A stretch of DNA of 43,491 nt from an uncultured Aquificales bacterium (GCA_964453345.1 CAYVOC010000011.1:1-43491); one strand, 5' to 3'. Counted from the first letter of the stretch, positions 1 through 11,010 are shown. Notes: a model not told the origin generated them from the letters alone. Made by a program: numbers and translations.

Positions 1-10
1 TGGTTGCTGG

Positions 11-1093
11 TTAAAATGTGCGTATGATTTTATACAGGGTTGTGCGTTGGGCGGGGGTGAAGCCTGCGTCTTTTATGAGTCTTAGTATTTCTTCGAGTTT
101 TAGCCTGTAGGTTACCCCTGCTGCTTTTACCACGTTCTCCTCTATCATGAGGGAGCCGAAGTCGTTGGCGCCGAAAAAGAGGCTCACCTGAGCCACATTG
201 CCGCCCTGGGTCACCCATGAGGCCTGTAGGTTGTTGAAGTTGTCGAGGAATATGCGGGATAGGGCAAGCACTCTGAGGTATAGTGCGCTTGTCGCCTTTT
301 CTATGTGGGATAGGCTTGTGTTTTTGGGCTGGAAGGCCCAGGGGATGAAGGCGGTGAATCCCTTTGTTCTGTCCTGCAGTTCTCTTATCCGGGAGAGGTG
401 TTCGATTATGTCTTCTGGTTTTTCTATGTGGCCGAACATCATGGTGGCGGAGCTTTTTATCCCCAGTTTGTGCGCCGTTTCCATGACCTTTAGCCATTCT
501 TCAACCGTGCACTTGTTGGGGGATACTTTGCTTCTGACCCTTGGGGATAGGATTTCGGCTCCCCCTCCCGGTATGGAGCCGAGGCCGGCCTCTTTTAGCC
601 TTTCCAGGGCCTCTTCGAGGCTTAAGCCGGAGTTATTTGCGTAATAGACTATTTCGGGAGCCGATAGGCCGTGTATGTGTATCTGGGGGAACCATGTTTT
701 GATCTTTTTGAACATTGTGCAGATCCATTCTATGTCAAGCTCAGGGTTGAGTCCTCCCTGTATTAGGATGGAGGTGGCTCCCAAGTTTACCGCTTCCTCT
801 ATCTTTTTGTAGAGGGTTTCGTCGTCTATTACGTAGGCTTCGGGTGAGTCTTTGTCCTTCCAGAAAGCGCAGAATTTGCACTTGCTTGTGCAGATGTTTG
901 TGTAGTTTATGTTTCTGTCTATGAGGAAGGTGACTATTTTTTCGGGAGCCTTTCTTTTTCTGATCTCGTTTGCGAGATACCCCAACTCAATCAGTTGCGC
1001 TTCCTTGAAGAGGGTGAGAGCCTCTTCTTCTGTTATTCTTTTTCCTGAAAGCACCTTGTTTTTAATATGCGAAAGTGAGTTCCGGCACTTCAT
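11..1093 (-). CDS. mqnC: Cyclic dehypoxanthinyl futalosine synthase (radical SAM, menaquinone futalosine pathway)
   Basis: [15 protein letters not shown] CxxxCxxC motif, [37 protein letters not shown]; clustered with mqnA and mqnE. Confidence 0.9.
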   Translation of the reverse strand: MKCRNSLSHIKNKVLSGKRITEEEALTLFKEAQLIELGYLANEIRKRKAPEKIVTFLIDRNINYTNICTSKCKFCAFWKDKDSPEAYVIDDETLYKKIEEAVNLGATSILIQGGLNPELDIEWICTMFKKIKTWFPQIHIHGLSAPEIVYYANNSGLSLEEALERLKEAGLGSIPGGGAEILSPRVRSKVSPNKCTVEEWLKVMETAHKLGIKSSATMMFGHIEKPEDIIEHLSRIRELQDRTKGFTAFIPWAFQPKNTSLSHIEKATSALYLRVLALSRIFLDNFNNLQASWVTQGGNVAQVSLFFGANDFGSLMIEENVVKAAGVTYRLKLEEILRLIKDAGFTPAQRTTLYKIIRTF

Positions 1094-1883
1094 TTAGCAA
1101 CCCCGATGTGTGCATTTGGTGAAAGTAGGCCTTCAGGCCTTCGATGTATTCCTTTTCAAGGTCAAAGTGCAGGGTTTTAAGATACTCAAGGCACTCTTTT
1201 TCTGTCAGTCCCAGCTCTCTGGATTTTTCCTCCGCTATTTTTGGGTATAGTTTTCTGCTTATTTTTTTGGATTCAAGCAGGGCTTCCCAGCATCTTTTGA
1301 CTTCATCGGGCTGCTTCATATATGCCTCTTTTCTTGTGCACCATAGGGCAAAGACCATGGGTTTTTTTGTTTTTTGCCACCACAGCCCTGCAAGATCGTA
1401 TACGAAGGGCAGGCACCCCCGCTTTTTTACCTTCAGGGCGTCGTCCCCTATGAGGAGTATCCCCATGTATCCGTTGTTGGGGATTCCCTCCTCCATGGAA
1501 AATTCTCTGTAGATGGGCTTTATCCCCATTTCTTTGAAGAGGTGTATCAGGAGGTTTTTTGATGTGAGGGAGGCCTTTGTCAAAAAGACCTCTTTGCCAT
1601 TGAGTTCCTCCATCGGGACCGTGGAGAAGAAGAGGACGCTTTTGACTTCTTTTTCTGCTCCTATGCAGAGTTTGGGAAGTATCAGGTAGTTTTTGTGGTT
1701 CTGGGCGTATTCGAAGGCTGAGACCACGGCCACATCTATGCTGCCATCGGAGAGCATCCTGTTGAGTTCAGAAGGGACCCCCTTGACCACTTCAATATCC
1801 TCTGGAAGCTTCACCAGCCCCTTTTCTATGGCGTAATATACCGGCAGGGTGTTCAAATAGGATATGATTCCCAGCCTAAGCAT
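1062..1883 (-). CDS. mqnA: Chorismate dehydratase
   Basis: ISYLNTLP N-terminus, GVPSELN, SVLFFS, LIGDDAL, DLAGLW, PMVFALW motifs; mqn context. Confidence 0.88.
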   Translation of the reverse strand: MLRLGIISYLNTLPVYYAIEKGLVKLPEDIEVVKGVPSELNRMLSDGSIDVAVVSAFEYAQNHKNYLILPKLCIGAEKEVKSVLFFSTVPMEELNGKEVFLTKASLTSKNLLIHLFKEMGIKPIYREFSMEEGIPNNGYMGILLIGDDALKVKKRGCLPFVYDLAGLWWQKTKKPMVFALWCTRKEAYMKQPDEVKRCWEALLESKKISRKLYPKIAEEKSRELGLTEKECLEYLKTLHFDLEKEYIEGLKAYFHQMHTSGLLNEVPELTFAY

Positions 1884-2961
1884 ACTCCGCCACCAGGTTG
1901 TATAGTGCGTCTCTTTCCGCAGGTATTTTGCCTGCCTCTTTTATGAGCTTGATGATTCTCTTTTTGCTTAGCCCCTGTGGGGATCTGGCGCCGGCTGCAT
2001 GGGTGATCTTTTCCTCAAATACGGTTCCCTCGAGGTCGGAGGCGCCGAAGTTGAGGGATATCTGGGCCAGCCCTTCGCCCAGCATTATCCAGTATGCCTT
2101 TACGTGGGGGATGTTGTTTAATATGAGCCTTGATACGGCTATGGTTTTTAGACAGTCTAAACCTGTGGGGCCTTTTACCTTTATGGATGTGTTTTCAGGA
2201 TGAAAAGCCAGGGGTATGAAGGCCTGAAAGCCTCCGGTCTTTTTCTGGAGTTCCCTGAGCTTTATGAGGTGATCCACCCTCTCCTCAAGGGTCTCTATGT
2301 GGCCGAAGAGCATGGTGCAGTTGGTTTTTATGCCGAGTCTGTGGGCGGTTTCGTGGATTTTTAGCCACATCTGCCAGGAGGTCTTCTGGGGGCACAGCCT
2401 TTTTCTTACTCTATCATTCAGGATTTCGGCTCCGCCTCCGGGCATGGAGTCAAGGCCTGCCTCTTTGAGTTTTTTCAGCACCTCTTCTATGCTCAGTCCC
2501 GATATCTTTGAGAAGTGCTCTATCTCCACGGCGGTGTAGGCCTTTATGTGTATGTGGGGGAACCTTTCTTTTAGCCTTTTCACTATGTTGAGGTAGTATT
2601 CAAAGGGCCAGTCAGGGTGCAGGCCGCTGACTATGTGGAATTCCCTTGCGCCTTCCTGTGCCGCCTCTTCGGCCTTTTTCTCCATCTCCTCAAGGGTATA
2701 TTCGTATCCGCCCTCCTCGCCCTTGGTCTTTGAGAAGGCGCAGAAGGCGCATCTGTTTATGCAGTAGTTGGTGGGGTTTATGTGCCTGTTGACTACAAAG
2801 AATACCCTTTTGCCGTTGATCTTCTCCGCCAAGGTGTTTGCCGCATGGCCGAGGCCGAGGATGTCTTCGCTTTTGAAAAGCTCTATTCCCTCCTCAAGGC
2901 TCAGGGGCCTTCCGGACAGAACCTTTTCAAGGGCCTTCTCTATTTTGGGGTCCTGTATCAT
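1876..2961 (-). CDS. mqnE: Aminofutalosine synthase (radical SAM)
   Basis: [47 protein letters not shown]; start moved to ATG at 2961, which forms an ATGA overlap with the upstream gene. Confidence 0.9.
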   Translation of the reverse strand: MIQDPKIEKALEKVLSGRPLSLEEGIELFKSEDILGLGHAANTLAEKINGKRVFFVVNRHINPTNYCINRCAFCAFSKTKGEEGGYEYTLEEMEKKAEEAAQEGAREFHIVSGLHPDWPFEYYLNIVKRLKERFPHIHIKAYTAVEIEHFSKISGLSIEEVLKKLKEAGLDSMPGGGAEILNDRVRKRLCPQKTSWQMWLKIHETAHRLGIKTNCTMLFGHIETLEERVDHLIKLRELQKKTGGFQAFIPLAFHPENTSIKVKGPTGLDCLKTIAVSRLILNNIPHVKAYWIMLGEGLAQISLNFGASDLEGTVFEEKITHAAGARSPQGLSKKRIIKLIKEAGKIPAERDALYNLVAEYA

Positions 2962-3902
2962 TCCAGCTTCCTCAGCTTTGCCACAAAGAATCCCCCCACT
3001 TCGTTCTTGTGGGGATACACCCTTATACAGTTTTTCACAAGTTCGTGGAAGACTCTGCCTTCCCATTCCGGTATGGCTTCGCTTGTGTTCAGCCCTTCAA
3101 GCTCTATGGGTTCGGTTATCACATTGTAGCGCTCAAGCAGGTATGAGACCACCCCTTCGTTCTCTTCGGGTGCGAAGGTGCAGGTGGAGTATAGTATCAG
3201 GCCTCCGGGTTTTGCCGCCTTGTATGCGGACACAAGCAGCATCTTCTGGGTTTCGGCAAGCTTTTCGTGGACCCAGTGCCTCCAGTTGTGTATGGCCTTG
3301 TAGCTCTTTCTTATGGTCCCCTCGGCGGAGCAGGGGGCGTCCACAAGCACCATGTCGAAGGTGTCGGGGGCGATCTTTCCAAATCTTCTTCCGTCAAGCT
3401 GGGTGACGCATACGTTTATCACCCCCATCCTCTCGAGGTTGTTGGTGAGGGCCTTCAGCCTTTTTACGCTGACGTCGTTTGCCACTATGCAGCCTCTGTT
3501 TTTCATGTGCTGGGCGAGCTGGGTGGTCTTTGATCCGGGGGCGGCTGCCATGTCAAGAACGAGCATATCCTCAGTCGGCCTCATGACTTCCGGGGGGATC
3601 ATGGAGGAGGCCTCCTGTATGTAAAAGAGGCCGGCAAAGTGCTCCCAAAAGTTGCCCAAGGCCTCTTCTTCAAGATCCTCCTTTATCCAGAAACCCCATC
3701 TGCACCAGGGGATCGGCTCCAGCTCTATGCCCCTTCGGGAAAAGATGTTCAGGAACTCTTCAACCGGTATCTTGATGGTGTTTACCCTTATGCTTTCGGG
3801 AAGGGGGCTTTTTATCGCCTCGATGAATTCTTCCAGTTCGCTTCCGAAGATTGCCCGCCAGCGTTTAAGCAGTCCTTCCGGTATGTCGAGGTCTTCCGGC
3901 AC
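2958..3902 (-). CDS. RsmB/RsmF/NOP2-family RNA m5C methyltransferase (catalytic core only)
   Basis: [31 protein letters not shown] and PEENE motifs; both catalytic Cys present. Confidence 0.88.
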   Translation of the reverse strand: MPEDLDIPEGLLKRWRAIFGSELEEFIEAIKSPLPESIRVNTIKIPVEEFLNIFSRRGIELEPIPWCRWGFWIKEDLEEEALGNFWEHFAGLFYIQEASSMIPPEVMRPTEDMLVLDMAAAPGSKTTQLAQHMKNRGCIVANDVSVKRLKALTNNLERMGVINVCVTQLDGRRFGKIAPDTFDMVLVDAPCSAEGTIRKSYKAIHNWRHWVHEKLAETQKMLLVSAYKAAKPGGLILYSTCTFAPEENEGVVSYLLERYNVITEPIELEGLNTSEAIPEWEGRVFHELVKNCIRVYPHKNEVGGFFVAKLRKLE

Positions 3903-4315
3903 TACTCCTCGTCCTCGTCTCTGAAGTCGCTCATTACGGCGTCGATGTAGTTTTCATACTCTTCCTTGGGCATGAGCCTCTGGAGTTCATCGGGATCGCT
4001 CATGCGTATTATGGCGATCCAGCCGTCTCCGTAGGGGTCCTCGTTCAGCAAAGAGGGGTTGTCTATGAGCATCTCGTTTATCTCAATGATCTCTCCGCTC
4101 ACGGGCGCGTATATCTCCATGGTGTCTCTTAGGGATTCGACGGCTCCTATCACCTCCATCTGGGAGACCTCGGTTCCTATGGGGGGAAGTTCCACGTAGG
4201 TTATGTCTCCCAGCTCTTCAACGGCAAATTCAGAAAGGCCTATCGCCACGGTCTCCTCGTCCTCTATCCTTGCCCATGAGTGTTCCTTGGTAAACAGGAT
4301 TTCATCCCTGTCCAT
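3902..4315 (-). CDS. Glycine cleavage H-like protein with the lipoyl Lys replaced by Arg
   Basis: [40 protein letters not shown] at the site of canonical VESVKA; start moved to ATG at 4315. Confidence 0.85.
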   Translation of the reverse strand: MDRDEILFTKEHSWARIEDEETVAIGLSEFAVEELGDITYVELPPIGTEVSQMEVIGAVESLRDTMEIYAPVSGEIIEINEMLIDNPSLLNEDPYGDGWIAIIRMSDPDELQRLMPKEEYENYIDAVMSDFRDEDEE

Positions 4316-5666
4316 TGCCGAAAACCTCCAGCACGTATTTGACTGCTTCCTCCTTTGTTCTGATCTTCCCTTCCGTCTGCTCCTCAAGCAGACTCTTCAG
4401 AACCCTTCCCACCATGGGGCCGGGTCCAATTTTTAATATATCCATAACTTCGTAGCCGGAAAGTAGGGGTTTTTGCAGTTTTTCCTCTTTCAGCATTTCC
4501 AGATAAAAGTCAATCATCTGGCGCGCGTATCTAAGGAGGTAGAAGAAGCCCGCATCCCCGGAGCTTGCCCATGAGTCGGCAAGGGATAGGATCACTGTGG
4601 GGATGGCGCTCTCTTTGAGGTTTCTGAAGAATCTGCCCTTGGCTCTCGGTGTGATCTCTCCGGTTCTTGCAAGTAAGTGCAGTCTCATGTGGTTTGCAAC
4701 CATGTCGGATACCAGGCGAACGCTTTTGCTGGAGAATTTTAGCCTTTCCATGGCCTCTTTCGCCATCTCTCCCCCGAGCCTGTCGTGACCCCAGAAGGTG
4801 TATTCGTCGTTCTGGATTCTGAAGGTTTCGGGTTTCCCTATATCGTGCAGAAGGGCTGCTATTTTGATGAGGTTTGCGGTTCTTATTCCCTTCTCCGCTT
4901 CCCGGATTACCGCCTTCTGAACGGGTTCCTCCGGAAAGAAGAATTGCATGAAGTTTATTATTCTTTCCGCGCACTGGTAGCAGTATATGAGGTGTTCTTT
5001 GAGGTCGCATCCCCTGAATTTTCCCTGAAACAGCCCTGTGCACGGGGCTATTTCGGGAAAGATTTTGTCAAGAAGTTTAAGCCTGTTTGCCAGAAGGATG
5101 GCCTTGTGGGATACAGGATGAGAGATTATTTTTGCCAGCTCGTCCTTTATCCTTTCGGGCGCACTTTTTTGCAAAAGAGGGGACAGCTCGGATATGGCCC
5201 TTTCTGTTTTTTTCGCCATCTTCAGGGGAAGATGCAGCCACAGTCTTATGCCCCTCAGAAGTCTTATGGGATCTTCCTTCAGGTTCTTCTGGCTGACAGG
5301 TTTTAGCAGGCGATCCTTTAGATCCCTCAGTCCACCTGTCGGATCTATGATCCTCTGACCCTTGATGTCGTAGGCCAGGGCGTTTACAGTGTAGTCCCTT
5401 CTCAAAAGGTCTTCCTCTATGCTTTTCCCCTGCATCTTTGAGACGTCAATTGTTAGATTCTGCCACAGAAGCCGGTAGATGCCCCTCTCTTCATCTAAGG
5501 GGAAGGCTTTGCCCCTTAGAACCTCCTTGGGATCCCTGTCTATGACAAGGTCTATGTCCCTTGACTCTATCCCGAGCAGGTGGTCCCTCAGGGCTCCTCC
5601 CACCATGTAGATTTGGCGGCACCTTGATGCCAGTTCCCTTACAGGTTGAATATCTGTATACTTCAT
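4302..5666 (-). CDS. Class II tRNA nucleotidyltransferase with HD domain (probably CC-adding)
   Basis: VGGALRD, DIDL, EDLLRRDYTVNA, EDPIRLLR, ERIKDEL, LLHDIGK; start moved to ATG at 5666. Confidence 0.85.
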   Translation of the reverse strand: MKYTDIQPVRELASRCRQIYMVGGALRDHLLGIESRDIDLVIDRDPKEVLRGKAFPLDEERGIYRLLWQNLTIDVSKMQGKSIEEDLLRRDYTVNALAYDIKGQRIIDPTGGLRDLKDRLLKPVSQKNLKEDPIRLLRGIRLWLHLPLKMAKKTERAISELSPLLQKSAPERIKDELAKIISHPVSHKAILLANRLKLLDKIFPEIAPCTGLFQGKFRGCDLKEHLIYCYQCAERIINFMQFFFPEEPVQKAVIREAEKGIRTANLIKIAALLHDIGKPETFRIQNDEYTFWGHDRLGGEMAKEAMERLKFSSKSVRLVSDMVANHMRLHLLARTGEITPRAKGRFFRNLKESAIPTVILSLADSWASSGDAGFFYLLRYARQMIDFYLEMLKEEKLQKPLLSGYEVMDILKIGPGPMVGRVLKSLLEEQTEGKIRTKEEAVKYVLEVFGNGQG

Positions 5667-5704
5667 GTGCCAAGCTAATATACGCATGGGAGGTGTATGT
5701 AAAT

Positions 5705-6220
5705 ATGCAGGATAGGTTGTCCAAGGTGAGGCTTCTTGTGATGGATGTTGATGGGGTTATGACCGATGGCAGGATTGTCCTTGACGGGGAGGGAAACGAG
5801 TGGAAGTTCTTTAACGTGAGGGATGGACACGGGATAGTGATGCTTCACAGAATAGGGGTTGAGACGGCCATAATTACGGGTAGATCCTCCAAGGTGGTTG
5901 AAAGAAGGGCCAAGGAACTTTCTATAGGCCATGTCTATCAGGGCGCTCACAACAAGCTGGAGGTCTATGAGGAACTTAAAAGAAAGCTGGGGCTTTCCGA
6001 TGAGCAGGTCTGCTATATAGGGGATGATGTGGTGGATATGCCCATAATGAGCAGGGTGGGGTTTGCGGTGGCCGTCGCCGATGCCCATCCGGAGGTGAAG
6101 AAGGTGGCTCACTATGTGACGGCAATGCCCGGTGGCAGGGGAGCCGTGAGGGAGGTTGCGGAGATGATTATAAGGGCCAAGGGCAGATGGGACGAGGTGA
6201 TGGAGAGGTATAGGCGCTGA
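5705..6220 (+). CDS. kdsC: KDO 8-phosphate phosphatase (HAD family)
   Basis: MDVDGVMTDG, FNVRDGHG, ITGR, YIGDDVVD, GGRGAVRE; GGAGG upstream; precedes lptCAB. Confidence 0.92.
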   Translation: MQDRLSKVRLLVMDVDGVMTDGRIVLDGEGNEWKFFNVRDGHGIVMLHRIGVETAIITGRSSKVVERRAKELSIGHVYQGAHNKLEVYEELKRKLGLSDEQVCYIGDDVVDMPIMSRVGFAVAVADAHPEVKKVAHYVTAMPGGRGAVREVAEMIIRAKGRWDEVMERYRR

Positions 6221-6738
6221 TGAAGAGGTGGGGGCTTTTCTTAGGCCTTCTCGTTCTTGCGGTGGTTTTTGCTCTTAGAAAGGGTCTGAGCGTTTACGAA
6301 AGGATGAGGATGCTCTCCCGCGTCAGGGTTGAGCAGGTGGGGGAGAGCCTGAAGCTTACCATAGTCTCCAAGGATCTCAGGGGAGCGAGATGGGAGGTTG
6401 TTGCTAAGAGGGCCAGGATGAAGGGGGAAGTCCTTGAGCTTGATGGGGTGAGGATCGTATATCGGGATGGTGAAAAAAGGGTGGTTGTGGAGGGGAAGAA
6501 GGGCAAATACTTCAAGAGGACAAAGACAGGGGAGCTTGAGGGTGACGTTGTGGTGAATGGATCCGACTGGAGGCTTTCCGGGAAAAAACTTGTGTGGAGG
6601 GAGGAGAAGGGGGAGGTGTGTATTCCTTCTCCCTTTGTTTTTAAGGGCAGATATCTTATGGAGGGGGAGGGTTTATGCTATTATCCTGCAGGTGAAAGGA
6701 TAAGGGTTAATAGACTTAAAAGGGTGGTGATAAGATGA
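6220..6738 (+). CDS. lptC: LPS export protein LptC-like
   Basis: N-terminal TM segment and beta-rich body; position between kdsC and lptA. Confidence 0.7.
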   Translation: MKRWGLFLGLLVLAVVFALRKGLSVYERMRMLSRVRVEQVGESLKLTIVSKDLRGARWEVVAKRARMKGEVLELDGVRIVYRDGEKRVVVEGKKGKYFKRTKTGELEGDVVVNGSDWRLSGKKLVWREEKGEVCIPSPFVFKGRYLMEGEGLCYYPAGERIRVNRLKRVVIR

Positions 6739-7214
6739 GGGTGCTTTGGGGAGTGCTTTTCTGGCTTGTCCTTGCGGGAGTAGGGCTGGCTTCTTCTGAG
6801 CAGCCCATTGTTATTGAGGCCAGAAGCCTTGAAGCTGACAACAAGGCAGGGTGGGTCCTCTTTACCGGGGATGTTGTTGCTGTAAAGGGCAAAATGCACA
6901 TGAGCTGCGATAGGATGAGGGTTTTTACCAAGAAGGGCAAGGTGGTTAAGATTATAAGCTACGGCAATGTTAAGGTGGTCGTGGATGATAAGGTGGTAAA
7001 GGCGGAGAAGGCCACCTACTATGCGGATCAGGATAAGGTTGTGTTTGAGGGAAATCCTAAGGTGTGGCAGGAGAACAATGTGGTCTCTGGCGATGTGATC
7101 GTATACTACATAAAGGACGGAAGAACCATCGTTAAGACCACCCATGGGGACAAGGTGAGGGCGGTTATCGTGCCCCAGGAGAAGGAGAATGCTGAGGGCA
7201 GAGGGGCTCGTTAA
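6735..7214 (+). CDS. lptA: LPS transport periplasmic protein
   Basis: Signal peptide, PIVIEA, FTGDV, GNV, GNPKVWQ OstA-like motifs; synteny. Confidence 0.85.
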   Translation: MRVLWGVLFWLVLAGVGLASSEQPIVIEARSLEADNKAGWVLFTGDVVAVKGKMHMSCDRMRVFTKKGKVVKIISYGNVKVVVDDKVVKAEKATYYADQDKVVFEGNPKVWQENNVVSGDVIVYYIKDGRTIVKTTHGDKVRAVIVPQEKENAEGRGAR

Positions 7215-7905
7215 GTCCTACGGTGGAAGGAGGGTGGTTGACGGGGTTTCCATAGAGGTCAGGAAGGGGGAGGTTGTTGGGTTGCTGGGTCCCAACGGCG
7301 CCGGGAAGACCACAACCTTCTACATGATTGTGGGGCTTATAAGGCCGGATGAGGGCAAGATCACCCTGGACGATGAGGATATAACCCATCTTCCCATGCA
7401 CCTCAGGGCGAGGGCGGGCCTGGGGTATCTTCCCCAGGAGGCCTCCGTTTTTCGAAAGCTCACCGTCAGGGAGAACATAGAGGCTGTTCTGGAGCTTCTG
7501 GATGTTCCGGCATCGGAGATAAAGAGGAGAACCGATGAGCTGCTCGAGGATTTTGGTCTGAAGAAGGTTGAAAACACCAAGGGATACGCCCTTTCCGGTG
7601 GCGAGCGTAGAAGGGTGGAGATTGCAAGGGCCCTGTCCGTTCTTCCGAAGTTTATGCTTCTGGATGAGCCCTTTGCCGGTCTGGATCCCATTGCGGTTTC
7701 CGATTTGCAGGGGTTGATAAGGGATCTAAAAAAGAGGAGCATAGGGGTTGTTATAACCGATCACAATGTTAGGGAGACCCTGAAGGTCACCGACAGGGCC
7801 TACATTATAAGCGATGGAAGGATAATAGCCCATGGGACCCCGGAGGAGATCGCTTCCATGGAGAGGGTCCGGGAGATCTACTTGGGCAGGGAGTTTGAGC
7901 TGTGA
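7189..7905 (+). CDS. lptB: LPS export ABC transporter ATPase
   Basis: [45 protein letters not shown]. Confidence 0.95.
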   Translation: MLRAEGLVKSYGGRRVVDGVSIEVRKGEVVGLLGPNGAGKTTTFYMIVGLIRPDEGKITLDDEDITHLPMHLRARAGLGYLPQEASVFRKLTVRENIEAVLELLDVPASEIKRRTDELLEDFGLKKVENTKGYALSGGERRRVEIARALSVLPKFMLLDEPFAGLDPIAVSDLQGLIRDLKKRSIGVVITDHNVRETLKVTDRAYIISDGRIIAHGTPEEIASMERVREIYLGREFEL

Positions 7906-9092
7906 GGCAGAGGCTTGAGCTGACCCTTCAACCCAAACTTATCCTCACCCCCGAAATGCAGGTCTCCCTCGAGGTGCTTGCGGCTCCCCTGCTTGAGCTA
8001 AAAGAGATGGTTGACAGGGAGCTTCTTGAGAATCCCTTTCTTGAGGAGGTTCCGCCGCCCGCCGACGCCTACTATCCCGAGGAGGACGAGCTGCCCTGGT
8101 GGGAAAGGATACCGGACGGCAGGTTTTCCCTTCAGGAGCATCTGATCCAGCAGGTTGCCTGCATAGACTGCCCGGATGGGGAGAGAGGGGTTCTCGTGGA
8201 GATAGCAAGGCATGTGGATTCAACGGGTCTTCTGGGCGAGAATCCCGGCAGGCTCTCAAAGACTCTCGGCATCCCCTTAGATGAGTTTGAAAAGTGCAGA
8301 AGGCGCTTTATGCGTGTGGTTGATCCGGAGGGCTGCGGCGCCCTTTCTGTTGAGGAGTTTATCCGCTTTCAGTTGGAGCTTAGAGGCGTTTCGGTGAATG
8401 GCCTTGATGAGAAGCGTTTGAAGGAGCTTGTGGATAGGTATTCCCTTAAGCCCTATCCCGCCTGGGGCATGGGAGAGGTGACACCCGCCTATGTTGAGCC
8501 GGATGCCTTTGTGGTTAAGGTGGGGGATGTTTACCAGGTCTATCTCAACGAGAGATACACCCCCAGGCTTGTGATGAACGAGAGCTACAGGTCCCTGTTG
8601 TATGATGCCGGCCTTGACGAGAGGACCCAGGAGTTCCTGAAGATGAAGATGAAAAGGGCGATATACCTTATGAAGGCTATTGAGCAGAGGAATAGAACCC
8701 TCAGAAGAACCGTCGAGGCCATAGTGGAGCTTGAGAGGGACTTTCTGGACAAAGGATTTGCCCATTTCAGGCCCCTGAAGCTGAAGGATGTTGCAGAGAG
8801 GGTTGAGCTTCATGTGTCAACCGTAAGCAGGGTTGTGAATTCCAAATACGTGCACACGCCCCAGGGGACGTTTTCTTTAAAGTTTTTCTTTGAGGACAAG
8901 GGTTTCCAGATAAAGCTCAGGATAAAACAGCTTATAGAGTCTGAGGATAAGAGAAGGCCCCTCAGTGATGCTGCCATAGCGGAATTGCTAAAACGGGAGG
9001 GATTTGATATTGCACGACGGACTGTGGCAAAATATAGGGAGGAGCTTGGGATACCATCTTCTGCGAAAAGGAGGGTTAGGGAATGCAGGTGA
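7902..9092 (+). CDS. rpoN: RNA polymerase sigma-54 factor
   Basis: ENPFLE, HVSTVSR helix-turn-helix, RpoN box [10 protein letters not shown]. Confidence 0.95.
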   Translation: MRQRLELTLQPKLILTPEMQVSLEVLAAPLLELKEMVDRELLENPFLEEVPPPADAYYPEEDELPWWERIPDGRFSLQEHLIQQVACIDCPDGERGVLVEIARHVDSTGLLGENPGRLSKTLGIPLDEFEKCRRRFMRVVDPEGCGALSVEEFIRFQLELRGVSVNGLDEKRLKELVDRYSLKPYPAWGMGEVTPAYVEPDAFVVKVGDVYQVYLNERYTPRLVMNESYRSLLYDAGLDERTQEFLKMKMKRAIYLMKAIEQRNRTLRRTVEAIVELERDFLDKGFAHFRPLKLKDVAERVELHVSTVSRVVNSKYVHTPQGTFSLKFFFEDKGFQIKLRIKQLIESEDKRRPLSDAAIAELLKREGFDIARRTVAKYREELGIPSSAKRRVRECR

Positions 9093-9607
9093 TAATCACC
9101 GGCAAGAATGTTGATCTTACAGATGCCCTTAAAGGGTATGTTGAAAAGAAGGTGAAGAGGCTTGAGAAGTATCTGGAGGAGCCTATAACCGTTCAGGTTG
9201 TTTTATCTTCCGAAAAGTTCAGGAGGATAGCGGATCTCACCATATCCTCTAAGTCCGGCGTTTTCCACGGATCCGAGGAGTCCCACGACATGTATACCTC
9301 CATTGATAAGGTCATTGACACCATGGAGATAACCCTGAGAAGGCGCAAGGAGAAGGTGAAGGATGCAAAGGGCAGGGTGAGGCCCGGTTCCGGGCAGGAG
9401 TTTGTGGAAGCGCCGGAGGCAGCCGTCAGGGAACCCGAGGTGATAGAGGAAAGGGTGGATTCCAAGCCCATGAGCGTTGAAGAAGCCGTTCTTCAGCTTG
9501 ATGCTTTGGGGAGGGATTTTCTCGCCTTTATAAACGCTGCAACGGGCAGAATGAACGTTATATACAAGCGCAGGGACGGCAACTACGGGCTTATAGTGCC
9601 GGAGTGA
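9083..9607 (+). CDS. hpf: Ribosome hibernation promoting factor (long HPF)
   Basis: ITGKN..LTDALK, DMYTSID, C-terminal KPMSVEEA and YKRRDGNYGLI. Confidence 0.93.
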   Translation: MQVIITGKNVDLTDALKGYVEKKVKRLEKYLEEPITVQVVLSSEKFRRIADLTISSKSGVFHGSEESHDMYTSIDKVIDTMEITLRRRKEKVKDAKGRVRPGSGQEFVEAPEAAVREPEVIEERVDSKPMSVEEAVLQLDALGRDFLAFINAATGRMNVIYKRRDGNYGLIVPE

Positions 9608-9608
9608 G

Positions 9609-10088
9609 ATGAGATTCACCGATTACCTGACGCCTGAAAGCATCATAGGGGATGTCTCCTCCTCCACCAAGGAGGATGTGCTGAGGGAGATTGTCTCCAT
9701 CCTCAAGGATAGAAGGGTGATTGAGGATGAGGAACCCTATCTTAGCGCCCTTCTCGAGAGGGAAAGGCTCTGCAGCACCGGCATAGGCAGGGGGGTGGCT
9801 ATCCCCCATGCGAAGTTGAAGAATCTAAAAAGGATGCTTTTGTCCTTTGTCAGATCCAGATCAGGGGTGGACTTTGATTCCCTTGATAAGAAGCCCGTTC
9901 ACTTTATCTTTGTCATCTTCACCCCGGAGGACGTGCCCGAGGAGTATTTGGTGCTTCTTGCGAACATATCCAGAATAGCCAAGGATGAAGAGTTCAGAAG
10001 GGCTCTTATGGAGGCTGAAGGCGAGGGGGATATACTAAGGCTCTTTTTGAAGAAGGACGAGGAGCTTGAAGAAGGGGCTTCTGGTTAA
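9609..10088 (+). CDS. ptsN: PTS EIIA(Ntr/Fru)-type protein
   Basis: ERE..STGIGRGVAIPH phospho-His motif, FDSLDKKPV; follows rpoN-hpf. Confidence 0.88.
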   Translation: MRFTDYLTPESIIGDVSSSTKEDVLREIVSILKDRRVIEDEEPYLSALLERERLCSTGIGRGVAIPHAKLKNLKRMLLSFVRSRSGVDFDSLDKKPVHFIFVIFTPEDVPEEYLVLLANISRIAKDEEFRRALMEAEGEGDILRLFLKKDEELEEGASG

Positions 10089-11010
10089 GGAGTTTTACGA
10101 GGATTTAAGGGAGAGTTTGCGGCTGGAGCTTTTGGGGGGCAGTGGCGGCTTTTACAGGACCATAGACAACTACAGGATACAGAAGCCCGGGCTGGCTTTA
10201 GCGGGGTTTCTCAGGCACATCCATCAGGAGAGGGTCCAGGTTTTCGGTGAAACGGAGATCTCCTATCTTAGACACATAGGGGACGAGGTAGGCAGAAGGC
10301 GCGTGGAGGACTTTTTCAGGCTTGGTGTGGCCTGTGTTCTCATAACCAAGGGACTTGATGTTCCGGGATACATAGCGGAGGCGGCCGACAGAACCGATAC
10401 CGTGGTGGTTCGCTCTCCTCTGGTCAGTTCTCAGTGCATCGAGATGGTCACCGACTATCTTGAGGACAAGCTCTCTCCTGAGGTCAGCATCCACGGGGTC
10501 CTTGTGGATGTTTTCGGGGTGGGTGTGCTTATAACGGGCAGAAGCGGCATAGGTAAAAGCGAGTGCGCCCTGGATCTTGTATACAGGGGACACAGGCTCG
10601 TGGCTGACGATCTGGTGATCGTCAGGAGAAAGAGGGAGGTGCTATGGGGAACCTCTCCGGTCAGGATCCAGCATCTGATGGAGGTGAGGGGGCTCGGGAT
10701 AGTGGATGTTAAGGATCTGTTTGGGGTTTCCTCCATAAGGGATAGAAAGAGAATCGATATGATTGTGGAGCTGGTGAGGTGGGAGGGAGACTCCAGGGTT
10801 GAGAGGGTGAGCTTTGCAGAGGAAAAGAAAAATATACTGGGGGTAGAGGTTCCGCTGGTGGTGATACCGGTTACCCCGGGGAGGAACATAACCCTTCTTA
10901 TAGAGATAGCGGCCAGAATCTTTATGCTCAAAAGGGCCGAGGGAAGCACCTGGAGGTGGGAGGATAGATTGCTCTTCGGGGGAGAGGTGAATGGGAGAGG
11001 GGTTGAGTAG
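10066..11010 (+). CDS. hprK: HPr(Ser) kinase/phosphorylase
   Basis: HGVLVDVFGVG, GRSGIGKSE, HRLVADD, EVRGLGI, PGRN. Confidence 0.95.
   Translation: MKKGLLVKEFYEDLRESLRLELLGGSGGFYRTIDNYRIQKPGLALAGFLRHIHQERVQVFGETEISYLRHIGDEVGRRRVEDFFRLGVACVLITKGLDVPGYIAEAADRTDTVVVRSPLVSSQCIEMVTDYLEDKLSPEVSIHGVLVDVFGVGVLITGRSGIGKSECALDLVYRGHRLVADDLVIVRRKREVLWGTSPVRIQHLMEVRGLGIVDVKDLFGVSSIRDRKRIDMIVELVRWEGDSRVERVSFAEEKKNILGVEVPLVVIPVTPGRNITLLIEIAARIFMLKRAEGSTWRWEDRLLFGGEVNGRGVE

Noticed and set aside
5656-5673. TTGGCAC on the minus strand as a sigma54 -24 box
   Set aside because: There is no TTGC at -12 (the sequence reads GTAT) and it overlaps the start codon.
5689-5707. ATG-TAA start-stop mini-ORF between the SD and the kdsC start
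   Set aside because: Only 3 nt from GGAGG, too close for efficient initiation; likely chance.
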